A DNA stretch of 64,000 nucleotides from Gammaproteobacteria bacterium (GCA_015488555.1 WFNO01000123.1:6627-70626), one strand, 5' to 3'. Numbered from the stretch's first letter, positions 43,379-52,092 are shown. The notes: generated by a model from the sequence alone, not told the origin. Translations and numbers: made by a program.

Positions 43379-45337
43379 ATGGTTGCGCTCCGCAGACCGA
43401 ATTGCAATTTTTGCTATCGATGTCAGATGATTCTTCTGGTGTTCTTTTTCCATCGATCAGCCTGGAGTGCGCCGGCTTTGCTGCCCGCGGCGGAAGGTTT
43501 CTGGGCACCGGATGCCACCCTGCGTATCGAGGCCGGCGCACTGGCCGGCGCTGGCCCGCATCGCCGCGCGGTGGAACTGGACGATATAGACGTGACGGCG
43601 CTATTGACAGTGGAAGGAAGTGAGCTGGTGCTGCGTCCAGCACAGCCTTTGGCCCCTGGTTGGCACCGATTACGCCTGGTGGAATACACCGACGATGGAG
43701 AGATCATCGAGCGCGGTTTCTGGCGTTTCGAAGTGCGTCATTCCCGCTTGTGGCGCGAGCGCCAGGCAGCGGTACAAGCAGGGTTCTCACTCGCCCGGCG
43801 CCTGAGCAAGGACACGGTCGCAGACACTCCCCGACACGCCCTCGAGGGCACGGCGCGTATGGACGGCATGGCTGACAGCGGCGTCTGGAGCTTGCGCGGC
43901 GAGACGGATTTGGTCTATCAACCCCGTGATGCATTGCGTTCTGAGGCCATGGCGCCGCTAGATGCCACTGCCTTTGCTATCGCTGCGGCGCGGGGCCCCT
44001 GGCGCATCTCAGCCGGCCAGCAGACGCCGCTGTCCTCCGGTCTAATCGTGGAAGAGAGATTCTTGCGCCGCGGTCTGAGCATCGGCTTGGAGCGCCCGGA
44101 ACGGGGCACCCGGATTACCGCCTTTGCCCTGCGCAGCCAGGAGGTGGTGGGGCTTTCCGCAGGCATTGTGCCCGGCGATGTCTCCGACCGGCTCGTTGGG
44201 TTGGCCATGGCCGCTCGCCCCCTGGCCGGGCGACGTGAGGACTTGCAGTTCAGCGTCACGTGGCTTCAGGGGCGCGATCCTGGGATGGTGGGCGAGGGGG
44301 TGGGGGGAGATCCTGATTTGACTGCCAGTGGCCGTGCGCTTTCTCTGACCGTCGATGCCTTTTTGTGGCAGCGCCGTTTGCGCCTGTGGGGTGAATGGGC
44401 CGGCAGCCGTTACGATTACGATGGCGCGGGACCACTCGCAGCCGAAACGTCGCAGGCCCATACCTTCTGGGCCGGTTACACGCCGACACGACCCTTGCGC
44501 CTGGGGAAGGTTCGGGTGAATTGGGAGGCCGGACTGGAATGGCGCAGCCTGGGTAGTTTCTTCCGCAGTCTGGCCAATCCCGCTGCTGGTGCCGATCGGG
44601 CGGGATGGCGTGGTTTCGTTGCTGCCGCCTGGGATGGTTTCGATCTGCGCTTCGATGCTGGCCGGGAGCACGATAATGTGGACAGCCTACCCGGCCTGCC
44701 GCGCATCGCCATCGAACGCTGGAACATGGCTCTGAGTTGGTCTCCTGTTCAATGGCAGCCGCCCGTATGGCTGGGCCTGCCACGTTTGGAATTGGAGGTT
44801 CAGCGGAGCGGGCAGAGAGTGGAGCGCGATGGTGGCGGTTTGGATGCGGGTGCACTGCGGCGGACCCAGACGATCACCTTCTCGGCAGGTTTCGATTACG
44901 AGCGTGGCCGCTGGTCCGTTGCCCATACTCTGGCCCGGGACGAGGACCTCGGCCAAGGGGGCGAGAGTGAAAGTAGCGCCAGCGAACTGAACCTGGCGCT
45001 GCGGCTCTGGGAAGTCCTGGACGTCGATCTTGCGTTTCAGCGAGAGCGTTACGATGACAATGGCGACGTGACTACAACGAACGTGGCTGAGCTGAACCTT
45101 TCACAACAACTCACGCCCCGACTCGTGTTGCAATTCGGTTACAGCCGGGAACATCAGTCGAGTATGTGGATGCAGAGCCGCGTCTCGTCTGCCCAAACCC
45201 AGCTCCAGTGGTGGCCGCGAGAGGGTGTCGCCATTTCACTGGAAGGTAGCGACAACCGCTATGTGGCGGATTTCGAACAGCGTGAGCAGCAGGTTTTCCT
45301 GCGCCTCGATCTGACATGGTCCCGGGAGAAATCGTGA
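43379..45337 (+). CDS. Large predicted outer-membrane beta-barrel protein with N-terminal Ig-like domain (unknown family)
   Basis: About 652 aa. Signal-like MVALRR...LLVFFFHRSAWSAP, then a beta-sandwich-like segment (VTALLTVEGSELVLRPAQPLAPGWHRLRLV). About 550 aa of short amphipathic strands follow, rich in W/Y/R/D. Start is uncertain (ATGs at 43343, 43379, 43427); the tracked GTG at 43295 lies inside P1. Confidence 0.6.
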   Translation: MVALRRPNCNFCYRCQMILLVFFFHRSAWSAPALLPAAEGFWAPDATLRIEAGALAGAGPHRRAVELDDIDVTALLTVEGSELVLRPAQPLAPGWHRLRLVEYTDDGEIIERGFWRFEVRHSRLWRERQAAVQAGFSLARRLSKDTVADTPRHALEGTARMDGMADSGVWSLRGETDLVYQPRDALRSEAMAPLDATAFAIAAARGPWRISAGQQTPLSSGLIVEERFLRRGLSIGLERPERGTRITAFALRSQEVVGLSAGIVPGDVSDRLVGLAMAARPLAGRREDLQFSVTWLQGRDPGMVGEGVGGDPDLTASGRALSLTVDAFLWQRRLRLWGEWAGSRYDYDGAGPLAAETSQAHTFWAGYTPTRPLRLGKVRVNWEAGLEWRSLGSFFRSLANPAAGADRAGWRGFVAAAWDGFDLRFDAGREHDNVDSLPGLPRIAIERWNMALSWSPVQWQPPVWLGLPRLELEVQRSGQRVERDGGGLDAGALRRTQTITFSAGFDYERGRWSVAHTLARDEDLGQGGESESSASELNLALRLWEVLDVDLAFQRERYDDNGDVTTTNVAELNLSQQLTPRLVLQFGYSREHQSSMWMQSRVSSAQTQLQWWPREGVAISLEGSDNRYVADFEQREQQVFLRLDLTWSREKS

Positions 45338-46440
45338 TGAAAGCGATTCGATGGATGGGTCTGCTTTTCTTTTCGTTTATTACCACTGTTCAGGCAGCCA
45401 TCGTCTCGGTCGGTGTGACACCAGGAAACGCTGCCGTGCCAGTGGGCCAGACCACCTCGGTGAGTCTGCGCTGGACGGTGGAGCGCAGTGCCAGCCCGCC
45501 AGGCCGCGTTCGAGCTGGGGAAGACGTCTTCTCCGAGCGAGGAGAGTTTTACGACGACACTGGCCGGTTGCTGGGACGAGTGGAGCAGCGCCTGCTGCAG
45601 ACGCGTCCCGTCTCCCCCGGCGATACCTTCACTTTTCGCGAAACCGTGCGCGTTCCCGCCACGCTGCTCTATCGGGCCCACAAGGCAGGGGTGAGGCTTA
45701 TCTATTATCAGCGCACCTTCGATGACGGCTACGGCACTCAAAGCGCATCCACCGAGATGCGCCTTACCAGCGCGGCGGCGGCCGGGTTCAATCTTTCCCG
45801 GCTGGCCTTGAGCTTCGAGGGCGGCTGGCTCCACCGGGTGGTGGCACCTGGGGAAGCGCTGCGTCCCCGCGCGGTGGTGAGTTTCTCCGGCAGTGGCCAG
45901 TTCCGCGCCACTTGGGAGGTGGCGGAACCAGCTACTACCCGCGGCGAACCGGTATTTCGGCCATTGCGGAGTGTGCGTCGTTATCTCACTGGCGGTGGTG
46001 AGGCCTCCATCGAGGGACCAGTGCTGCCTACCCGTAGCCAGGGGACCTATCTGCTGCGGCTGCGCATCGATGCCCCCGAGGTGGGTTTCGTGCTGCCGTC
46101 CTTGCGTTACGTGGTGGCGCCCGTCGAACGGGCGCTGCCGCTACTGACAGTGCGATCGCCGCTACCAGGCGCTACGCTCACGCCGAAGACCCGTTTCCAG
46201 TGGTCGCCGGTGGACGAGGCGCGTGCCTATCAGGTGGAGATCCGTGCCACCGAATCGGTAGAGGGGCCACCGCTCACAGGTCTGGTGGCGACGGCAGAAC
46301 GACAAGATGTTACCCTGCCTCTCCATACCCGAGAGCGGCTCAAGCCTGGGCGTTACTACTGGCGCTTGTTGGCCATCGGTCCGCAGGGAGAGACGCTGGC
46401 AGCCAGTGTCCCGCGCGAGTTGCGGGTCCTCGCCCCATGA
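45337..46440 (+). CDS. Secreted all-beta (Ig/FnIII-like repeats) protein, unknown function
   Basis: Signal peptide MKAIRWMGLLFFSFITTVQA. Three repeated about-100-aa beta-rich segments. The start overlaps the upstream stop (TGATG). Confidence 0.6.
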   Translation: MKAIRWMGLLFFSFITTVQAAIVSVGVTPGNAAVPVGQTTSVSLRWTVERSASPPGRVRAGEDVFSERGEFYDDTGRLLGRVEQRLLQTRPVSPGDTFTFRETVRVPATLLYRAHKAGVRLIYYQRTFDDGYGTQSASTEMRLTSAAAAGFNLSRLALSFEGGWLHRVVAPGEALRPRAVVSFSGSGQFRATWEVAEPATTRGEPVFRPLRSVRRYLTGGGEASIEGPVLPTRSQGTYLLRLRIDAPEVGFVLPSLRYVVAPVERALPLLTVRSPLPGATLTPKTRFQWSPVDEARAYQVEIRATESVEGPPLTGLVATAERQDVTLPLHTRERLKPGRYYWRLLAIGPQGETLAASVPRELRVLAP

Positions 46441-47003
46441 ATGGCGAGACGGCCGAAGCATTGCTGGCGCGCATCGCCCGCGGCGACCGCAAGGCGTTGG
46501 AGCGGTTCTACCGTGATCATCACAATCGCGTCTATGCCTTCATCCTCCAGCGCGTGGGAGAGCCGGTGGTGGCTGCAGAGGTGCTCAACGACGTGATGCT
46601 GGCCGTGTGGCGCCAGGCGGCGCAGTTTCAGGGGCGTTCCAAGGCCCTGACCTGGGTGCTGGGCATTGCCCACTACAAGGCCACGGATGCTTTGCGACGG
46701 CGCGGTCGTGATGCGGTGCTCACCGACTTGGACGATGTCCCGGAACCCAGCGACGAGGCCGACGCGGCCACGGCCCTGGCGGCGATGGACGACGGCGAGC
46801 TATTGCGTCTGTGTCTAGGCAAGCTTTCGGAGGCACACCGGGTGGTGGTCCATCTCACCTTCTTCGAGGACTTGGCCTACCCCGAGATCGCCGAAATTCT
46901 GGCTTGCCCCGTAGGCACGGTGAAGACCCGTATGATGCACGCCAAACGGGCCCTCAAACGCTGTCTGGAACGGGCGGGGAAATGGCATGAACCACTTTCG
47001 TGA
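46437..47003 (+). CDS. ECF (sigma-70 family group 4) RNA polymerase sigma factor
   Basis: 188 aa. Region 2 FYRDHHNRVYAFILQRVGEPVVAAEVLNDVMLAVW; region 4 LSEAHRVVVHLTFFEDLAYPEIAEILACPVGTVKTRMMHAKRAL. ATGA overlap with the upstream gene. Confidence 0.92.
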   Translation: MNGETAEALLARIARGDRKALERFYRDHHNRVYAFILQRVGEPVVAAEVLNDVMLAVWRQAAQFQGRSKALTWVLGIAHYKATDALRRRGRDAVLTDLDDVPEPSDEADAATALAAMDDGELLRLCLGKLSEAHRVVVHLTFFEDLAYPEIAEILACPVGTVKTRMMHAKRALKRCLERAGKWHEPLS

Positions 47004-47045
47004 CGGCAGCGACCCACTGATGAAGCATGAAGAGGTGGTTGAGCC

Positions 47046-47651
47046 ATGAATGAGCCCCAAGACCACGACTACGTCGAAGCCCTGCTTTCCTGGTACGTCA
47101 ACGGTACCCTGACGGAAGAAGAGCGGGCCCAGGTGACGGCACATCTGGAACATTGCGGCAGGTGTCGTGAGGAAGTCCGGTTCCTCACCGGACTGCAGCA
47201 GGGGATCAAACGTGTTGCCGACACCTCCGTAGACCCCGAATTGGGGCTGAAGCGCTTGATGCGCGAGATCGACGCCGAGACTCCCGCTCGCCGCCGCACG
47301 CCTTGGTGGCAACCCTCGCTGGCGGCCGCTGCCGTGGTGATCCTCGTTCAGGGGGTGTTGCTGTTCAATCTCTGGCAGCGGGACGACGACATCGGCGTGC
47401 GTTTGGCGGGAGAAGCGCCACCGGCGGAGGCGGTGATATTGCAGATCCAATTCGATGCCGATGCCCGTGAAGAGGAGATTCGCGCCCTACTGCGCGCGCT
47501 GGATGCACGTTTCGTCGATGGTCCCAGCGCGGTGGGCCTTTATCGCATCGAACTCTCCGGTGTCACGCCCGGGGATGAACGGGCCCTGGCCCGTGCCCTG
47601 AACACCTTGCGCGAGCAACGAGAGATCGTCCGTCATGTGGCGGTCGAGTGA
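47046..47651 (+). CDS. Zinc-binding (ZAS-type) transmembrane anti-sigma factor
   Basis: N-terminal HLEHCGRCREE (HxxxCxxC), one TM helix (WWQPSLAAAAVVILVQGVLLFNLW), about 95-aa extracytoplasmic domain. Lies immediately after the ECF sigma. Confidence 0.85.
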   Translation: MNEPQDHDYVEALLSWYVNGTLTEEERAQVTAHLEHCGRCREEVRFLTGLQQGIKRVADTSVDPELGLKRLMREIDAETPARRRTPWWQPSLAAAAVVILVQGVLLFNLWQRDDDIGVRLAGEAPPAEAVILQIQFDADAREEEIRALLRALDARFVDGPSAVGLYRIELSGVTPGDERALARALNTLREQREIVRHVAVE

Positions 47652-49356
47652 TCGCCATCGCTTGCTGGCATCGATCCTTGTGCTGGTCACTGCCCCGCTC
47701 ATGGCGCAGGAAAGAGATTTCCCCTTGCGCGCAGCGCAACGAGCACTGCCCGACCTACACATCCCAGTCCTGGAATTGGATGGCCACTGCCGGGTGCGGT
47801 TCACCCTGGAAAACGAAGGTCCCGGCCATCTGCCGGAGACAGCCTATCGCAGCGTTTCGGTATGGCTTTCGGTGGGCCGGGATCGCCACCGTCTCGCTCT
47901 TGGCGAGATCGACCCGCGGCAGGCGCTGCGCGCTCCAGGCGGGCGTATCGCGTATACCAGCGAATTAACCGTGGACGGCGAGCGGCGGGTGATCCTGATC
48001 ATCAGTGCCGACAGGCGCTTCAAAGAGGCCGACGAGAACGACAACCGCCGTGCCGCAACCTTGCGTTGTGCACCGCGAGACCGGCAGATCGAAGACGACC
48101 GGAGCGCTGGCCGGCAAGTAGACACGCCGGCTCCGGTCCCTGCATCCGAGCAGGAGGCCGCGCCCGTGGACGAGTCGCCGGCAAGCCCTATCGATGAACC
48201 ATTGCCACTGCGCCTTCCTTTCGCCGGTGGCAGCGTCCTCGATGCTCCCTTGCCCCCGCCACCAGAAGAATTGCCACCTCTGCCGGAGGGCGACGATCCC
48301 ACCGTGGAACCCGGAGAGGTGATGGTGCTTTCTGAAGACATGGCCGCCGCCCGCGCCTTGGCGGCGCGGACGCGCGACAGTGGTCTGCGCATCCTCCGGC
48401 GCAAACGGCTTTCCAGCCTCGGCTGGGTAGTGAGCGTCTTTCGAATCCCCCCTGAGACCAGCGTTGCCGAGGCCATCGAGCGATTACGCCGGCAGCTCCC
48501 GCCCAAGCAACGCAGCCTGGTGGAGGCCAACCACCGCTATCGCCTCCAGGGCAAATCTCCTGATCCACGCCGTTATGGACCGCGCCTGCTGGGCTGGCAG
48601 ACCACGCCTGATTGCGGCAAGGGGATGCGTCTGGGATTGGTGGATACGGCCATCGACCGTGATCATCCCGACCTGGCTTCGGCCGATATCCACACCCGCC
48701 GCATCGTCACCACCGGCGTGCTTCCAGCGCCTCCCGATCATGGCACAGCCATTGCCGCCCAATTGTTGGCCGATCCTGCAACCGGCGGGGTGGCAGGCCT
48801 GCTGCCTGGCGCCCGCCTCTACGCGGCCGAGGCCTTCCGCTGGCGCGACGATGTCGCCGAAACCACCAGCGAATGGTTGATTGCCGCCCTGGACTGGCTG
48901 GCGGGCGAGCAGGTGGTAGTAGTCAATCTCAGCTTCGCCGGACCGCGCAATCTGCTGGTGGAACGGGTGATCGAACGCTTGCATCGCCTGGGTATCCAGG
49001 TGGCAGCCGCTGCCGGCAACGAAGGCCCCGGCGCGCCGCCGCGCTATCCTGCTGCCCAGCCGGAAGTGGTAGCCGTCACCGCTGTCGATGCCGACGGTCG
49101 TCCCTGGCGTCGTGCCGCCACCGGTCCCCACATCGATTTCGCCGCCCCCGGCGTCGATCTCTGGAGCGCCCGTCCCGGCGGTGCCCACGCCTATCTGAGC
49201 GGCACTTCCTATGCCGTTCCTTTCGTCAGCGCCGCCCTCGCACTCGAAAGAGAGGCCTCCCTGCGCCGCCGGGCGCGGGACCTGGGTGACCCGGGGCGCG
49301 ACCACCGCTTCGGCTGGGGATTGATTCAGACACCCGGCTGCTCCCGCTCTGGGTAG
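47635..49356 (+). CDS. Secreted S8 (subtilisin-like) serine peptidase with N-terminal CARDB-like domain
   Basis: Signal peptide MWRSSDRHRLLASILVLVTAPLMA. CARDB-like segment ends in EADENDNR; Pro/Glu-rich linker. Triad contexts: GLVDTAIDRDHPDL, DHGTAIAAQL, SGTSYAVPFVSAA. The ATG lies 17 nt inside the anti-sigma gene. Confidence 0.88.
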   Translation: MWRSSDRHRLLASILVLVTAPLMAQERDFPLRAAQRALPDLHIPVLELDGHCRVRFTLENEGPGHLPETAYRSVSVWLSVGRDRHRLALGEIDPRQALRAPGGRIAYTSELTVDGERRVILIISADRRFKEADENDNRRAATLRCAPRDRQIEDDRSAGRQVDTPAPVPASEQEAAPVDESPASPIDEPLPLRLPFAGGSVLDAPLPPPPEELPPLPEGDDPTVEPGEVMVLSEDMAAARALAARTRDSGLRILRRKRLSSLGWVVSVFRIPPETSVAEAIERLRRQLPPKQRSLVEANHRYRLQGKSPDPRRYGPRLLGWQTTPDCGKGMRLGLVDTAIDRDHPDLASADIHTRRIVTTGVLPAPPDHGTAIAAQLLADPATGGVAGLLPGARLYAAEAFRWRDDVAETTSEWLIAALDWLAGEQVVVVNLSFAGPRNLLVERVIERLHRLGIQVAAAAGNEGPGAPPRYPAAQPEVVAVTAVDADGRPWRRAATGPHIDFAAPGVDLWSARPGGAHAYLSGTSYAVPFVSAALALEREASLRRRARDLGDPGRDHRFGWGLIQTPGCSRSG

Positions 49357-49623
49357 CTTATCCCGCGCCTCGGCGAAAGCTCCAGAGGGATGAGCGGAAA
49401 CAGTGGAGGGTGGGGCAACTCCACCCACAGGCCACAGGCCGGGCTCTTGGCATTCGCCGCGCGCCACGCCCTGTTGTGCATCGATACCCATTCGAACCGG
49501 CGCAATTTCGGCAACAAATCCAGGTTGAAAATTGACAACCCTGTTCCGCCACACCCGGTGGTAGGGGTGAAGCACGAGCAAATCGGCAATCGACTAGACC
49601 TGTAGACCGGCAGCCGAAATCCG

Positions 49624-49651
49624 TTTGAACCGTACGCGCAATCCCCGCGAC
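49624..49651 (+). promoter_or_regulatory. Candidate ECF-sigma promoter P2
   Basis: TTTGAACCGT-N13-GCGAC, 68 nt upstream of the ATG at 49719. Same motif and spacing as P1. Confidence 0.55.
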
Positions 49652-49718
49652 CCATTTCCCGAGGGAGCCGGACGGGCCGGCTTCCACCAAACTGATCTCA
49701 ATAAAAAAGGAGCACATC

Positions 49719-50057
49719 ATGCACAAGAAACGTTCCATCGTGACAAACGGCCTTTTCATCATCTTCACCCTGGCTCTCGGTGCGATCATCGGCCTGCCGG
49801 CACTGGCCGTGGCCGATAATGGGGCCAGAAATGCCATGTTTCCAAACAAGAACATGGGTATGACCATCCAGAACAGGCCACCCAAGTGCGCCAGAGGATT
49901 CAAGGCGGTAAACATTCAACCAAAACACAAAGGCGGCCATAACTATCTCTGTGTCAGTGAAAGACCGGTGTGCAGTACGGGCCACCAACTTGGCTGGCAG
50001 CAGTTCAACGCAAGCAAAAACCGTTTCGAATACGCGTGCTATCACCCCGAGGGATGA
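49719..50057 (+). CDS. Small secreted Cys-containing protein, unknown function
   Basis: 112 aa, strong SD AAGGAG 6 nt before the ATG, signal peptide ...GLPALAVA, four Cys in the mature part. Lower-GC patch. The overlapping 185-aa minus-strand ORF was rejected. Confidence 0.6.
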   Translation: MHKKRSIVTNGLFIIFTLALGAIIGLPALAVADNGARNAMFPNKNMGMTIQNRPPKCARGFKAVNIQPKHKGGHNYLCVSERPVCSTGHQLGWQQFNASKNRFEYACYHPEG

Positions 50058-50139
50058 GAGAGCCAAACGGATGGCGGGGCCCGTCATCACGGGCTCCCGC
50101 CGCATCCAAGGCCCAACAGCAATCACAAGGAGACCTTCC

Positions 50140-51867
50140 ATGAACCCCCGAGCCATGAAAATTCACTTCACCGGCGCCACCGTGCTGCTGACGTCGCTCG
50201 CTCTTTCCGCCTGCGGCGGTGGTAGCGGCAGTAGCCTCCAGCAGGCCTCGCAGAGCCTGCCCGAGGCCCCCGAACTGAGTCTGGACTATAGCCCGGTCAA
50301 GACCTTTCGCTTCACCTGGTCCGATGTGGCGGGTGAGACGGAATACCGCCTGCTGGAAGACCCCGACGGCATCTCCGGCTATACCGTGGTCGCCAGCCTG
50401 GCGGCGGACAGCACCGGCTATGACCTCGAGGTCTTCCTGCCAGGGCGCATCAACGCCCGCTACTTGCTCCAGGCCTGCAACGATGCCGGCTGCTCCGACT
50501 CCGATGAAGTGATGGTGGACGTGCCGGCCATGACCGCTGCCATCGGTTATGTCAAGGCTTCCAACCCTGATAGCAATGACTTTTTCGGTGTGGCCATGGC
50601 CTTGTCCGCCGATGGCCGCACCCTGGCCGTGGGCGCGACCGGTGAAGACAGCGACGGCAGCACCGAGGCCGACAATTCCCTATCGAGTGCCGGCGCGGTC
50701 TATGTGTACGTCCTCGACGGCGACACATGGATACAACAGGCCTATCTCAAGGCCTCCAATGCCGATGAGTTTGACTGGTTTGGTCACGCCGTGGCGCTGT
50801 CCGCCAATGGCAATACCCTGGCCGTGGGAGCCAGGGGGGAAGATGGTGGCGGCAGTAACGCCGGCGCAGTGTATGTGTTCAATCGCAATGGCGGCGTCTG
50901 GATCCAGAAGGCCTACGTCAAGGCTTCCAACACCGGCCAGCATGATATGTTTGGTGATGCCATAGCACTTTCTGCCGACGGCCGCACCCTGGCCGTGGGC
51001 GCGCCTCGGGAAGACAGCGATGGCAGCAGTGAGGCTGATAATTCGGCTCTCGATGCCGGCGCGGTCTATGTGTACGTCCTCGATGGCGACACATGGACAC
51101 AACAGGCCTATCTCAAGGCCTCCAATGCCGATGGGTTTGACTGGTTTGGTAGCGCCGTGGCGCTGTCCGCCAGCGGCGATACCCTGGCCGTTGGGGCCTA
51201 CTCTGAGGACGGTAATGGTAGTGACGCCGGAGACAACTCGCTCCCGGATGCCGGAGCAGTGTATGTATTCGATCGCGATGGTAACGCCTGGAGCCAGCAG
51301 GCCTATGTCAAGGCTTCCAACGCCGGTGAGGATGACCAGTTTGGTCGCGCTGTGGCGCTGTCCGCCGACGGCCGCACTCTGGCCGTGGGAGCGCCCTGGG
51401 AAGGCAGCGACGGCAGCAGTGAGGCCGACAACTCCCTCCCAGGTGCCGGTGCGGTCTATCTCTACCGCTTCGATGGGCAGAGCTGGAGCCAGGAGGCCTA
51501 TCTCAAAGCCTCCAACCCCAAGGAGTTCGACGTGTTCGGCTCTACCGTTGCCCTGTCCGCCGACGGCGATATTCTGGTCGTGGGCGCCTTCGGGGAAGGC
51601 AGCACCGCCACCGGCCTCGGTGGCGATGCCTTGGACGACAACGCCGATGAGGCCGGCGCAGTCTATCTCTATCGCTACGACGGCGGTACCTGGGGGCAAC
51701 GAGCCTATGTCAAGGCCAGCAACACCGACGCTGGAGATGTATTTGGCAGGCTGGCACTGTCCGCCGACGGCCACACCCTGGCCGTGGGCGCACCTTGGGA
51801 GGACAGCGATGGCAGCAGTGAGGCCGACAATTCGGTTCTCGATGCTGGTGCGGTCTACCTCTACTGA
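50140..51867 (+). CDS. Lipoprotein with FnIII-like domain and about 8 FG-GAP/integrin-alpha-type beta-propeller repeats
   Basis: SD AAGGAG. Lipobox LTSLALSAC followed by GGGSGSS. Repeating unit KASN..x..D.FG.AVALSADG.TLAVGA..ED......DNS...AGAVYVY....W.QQAYL. Confidence 0.8.
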   Translation: MNPRAMKIHFTGATVLLTSLALSACGGGSGSSLQQASQSLPEAPELSLDYSPVKTFRFTWSDVAGETEYRLLEDPDGISGYTVVASLAADSTGYDLEVFLPGRINARYLLQACNDAGCSDSDEVMVDVPAMTAAIGYVKASNPDSNDFFGVAMALSADGRTLAVGATGEDSDGSTEADNSLSSAGAVYVYVLDGDTWIQQAYLKASNADEFDWFGHAVALSANGNTLAVGARGEDGGGSNAGAVYVFNRNGGVWIQKAYVKASNTGQHDMFGDAIALSADGRTLAVGAPREDSDGSSEADNSALDAGAVYVYVLDGDTWTQQAYLKASNADGFDWFGSAVALSASGDTLAVGAYSEDGNGSDAGDNSLPDAGAVYVFDRDGNAWSQQAYVKASNAGEDDQFGRAVALSADGRTLAVGAPWEGSDGSSEADNSLPGAGAVYLYRFDGQSWSQEAYLKASNPKEFDVFGSTVALSADGDILVVGAFGEGSTATGLGGDALDDNADEAGAVYLYRYDGGTWGQRAYVKASNTDAGDVFGRLALSADGHTLAVGAPWEDSDGSSEADNSVLDAGAVYLY

Positions 51868-51909
51868 AACCGCGGGCAGGAGAGCGGCGTAACAAGTCCC
51901 CAGGGACAT

Positions 51910-51941
51910 GGAACCGGCAACGAGTTTGAGCTGCCGGTTCC
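51910..51941 (+). terminator. Hairpin terminator after the FG-GAP lipoprotein gene
   Basis: GGAACCGGCA-N12-TGCCGGTTCC: perfect 10-bp stem followed by ATCTCTTTC (a weak U tract). Confidence 0.55.
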
Positions 51942-52092
51942 ATCTCTTTCGATCTGGGAATCCAGTGTGGGAATCGCTTATCGTCACGGCTCGCGGGACA
52001 TGCGATGGATTGACGGCGTTCATCTATTCACGGCCGGGATGAAGAGCGAGTCCCTCGTCCTCTTTATGCCAGGTGAAGGAGGATCCTGACCC

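Noticed and set aside
49358-49915. 185-aa minus-strand ORF overlapping promoter P2 and the Cys-rich protein gene
   Set aside because: It has no SD and no signal or domain features. The plus-strand gene has a strong SD and a signal peptide.
50590-51800. CRISPR-like or satellite periodicity at the DNA level
   Set aside because: The repeats are in frame and long (about 180-366 bp), and they encode FG-GAP propeller blades. There are no short direct repeats with unique spacers.
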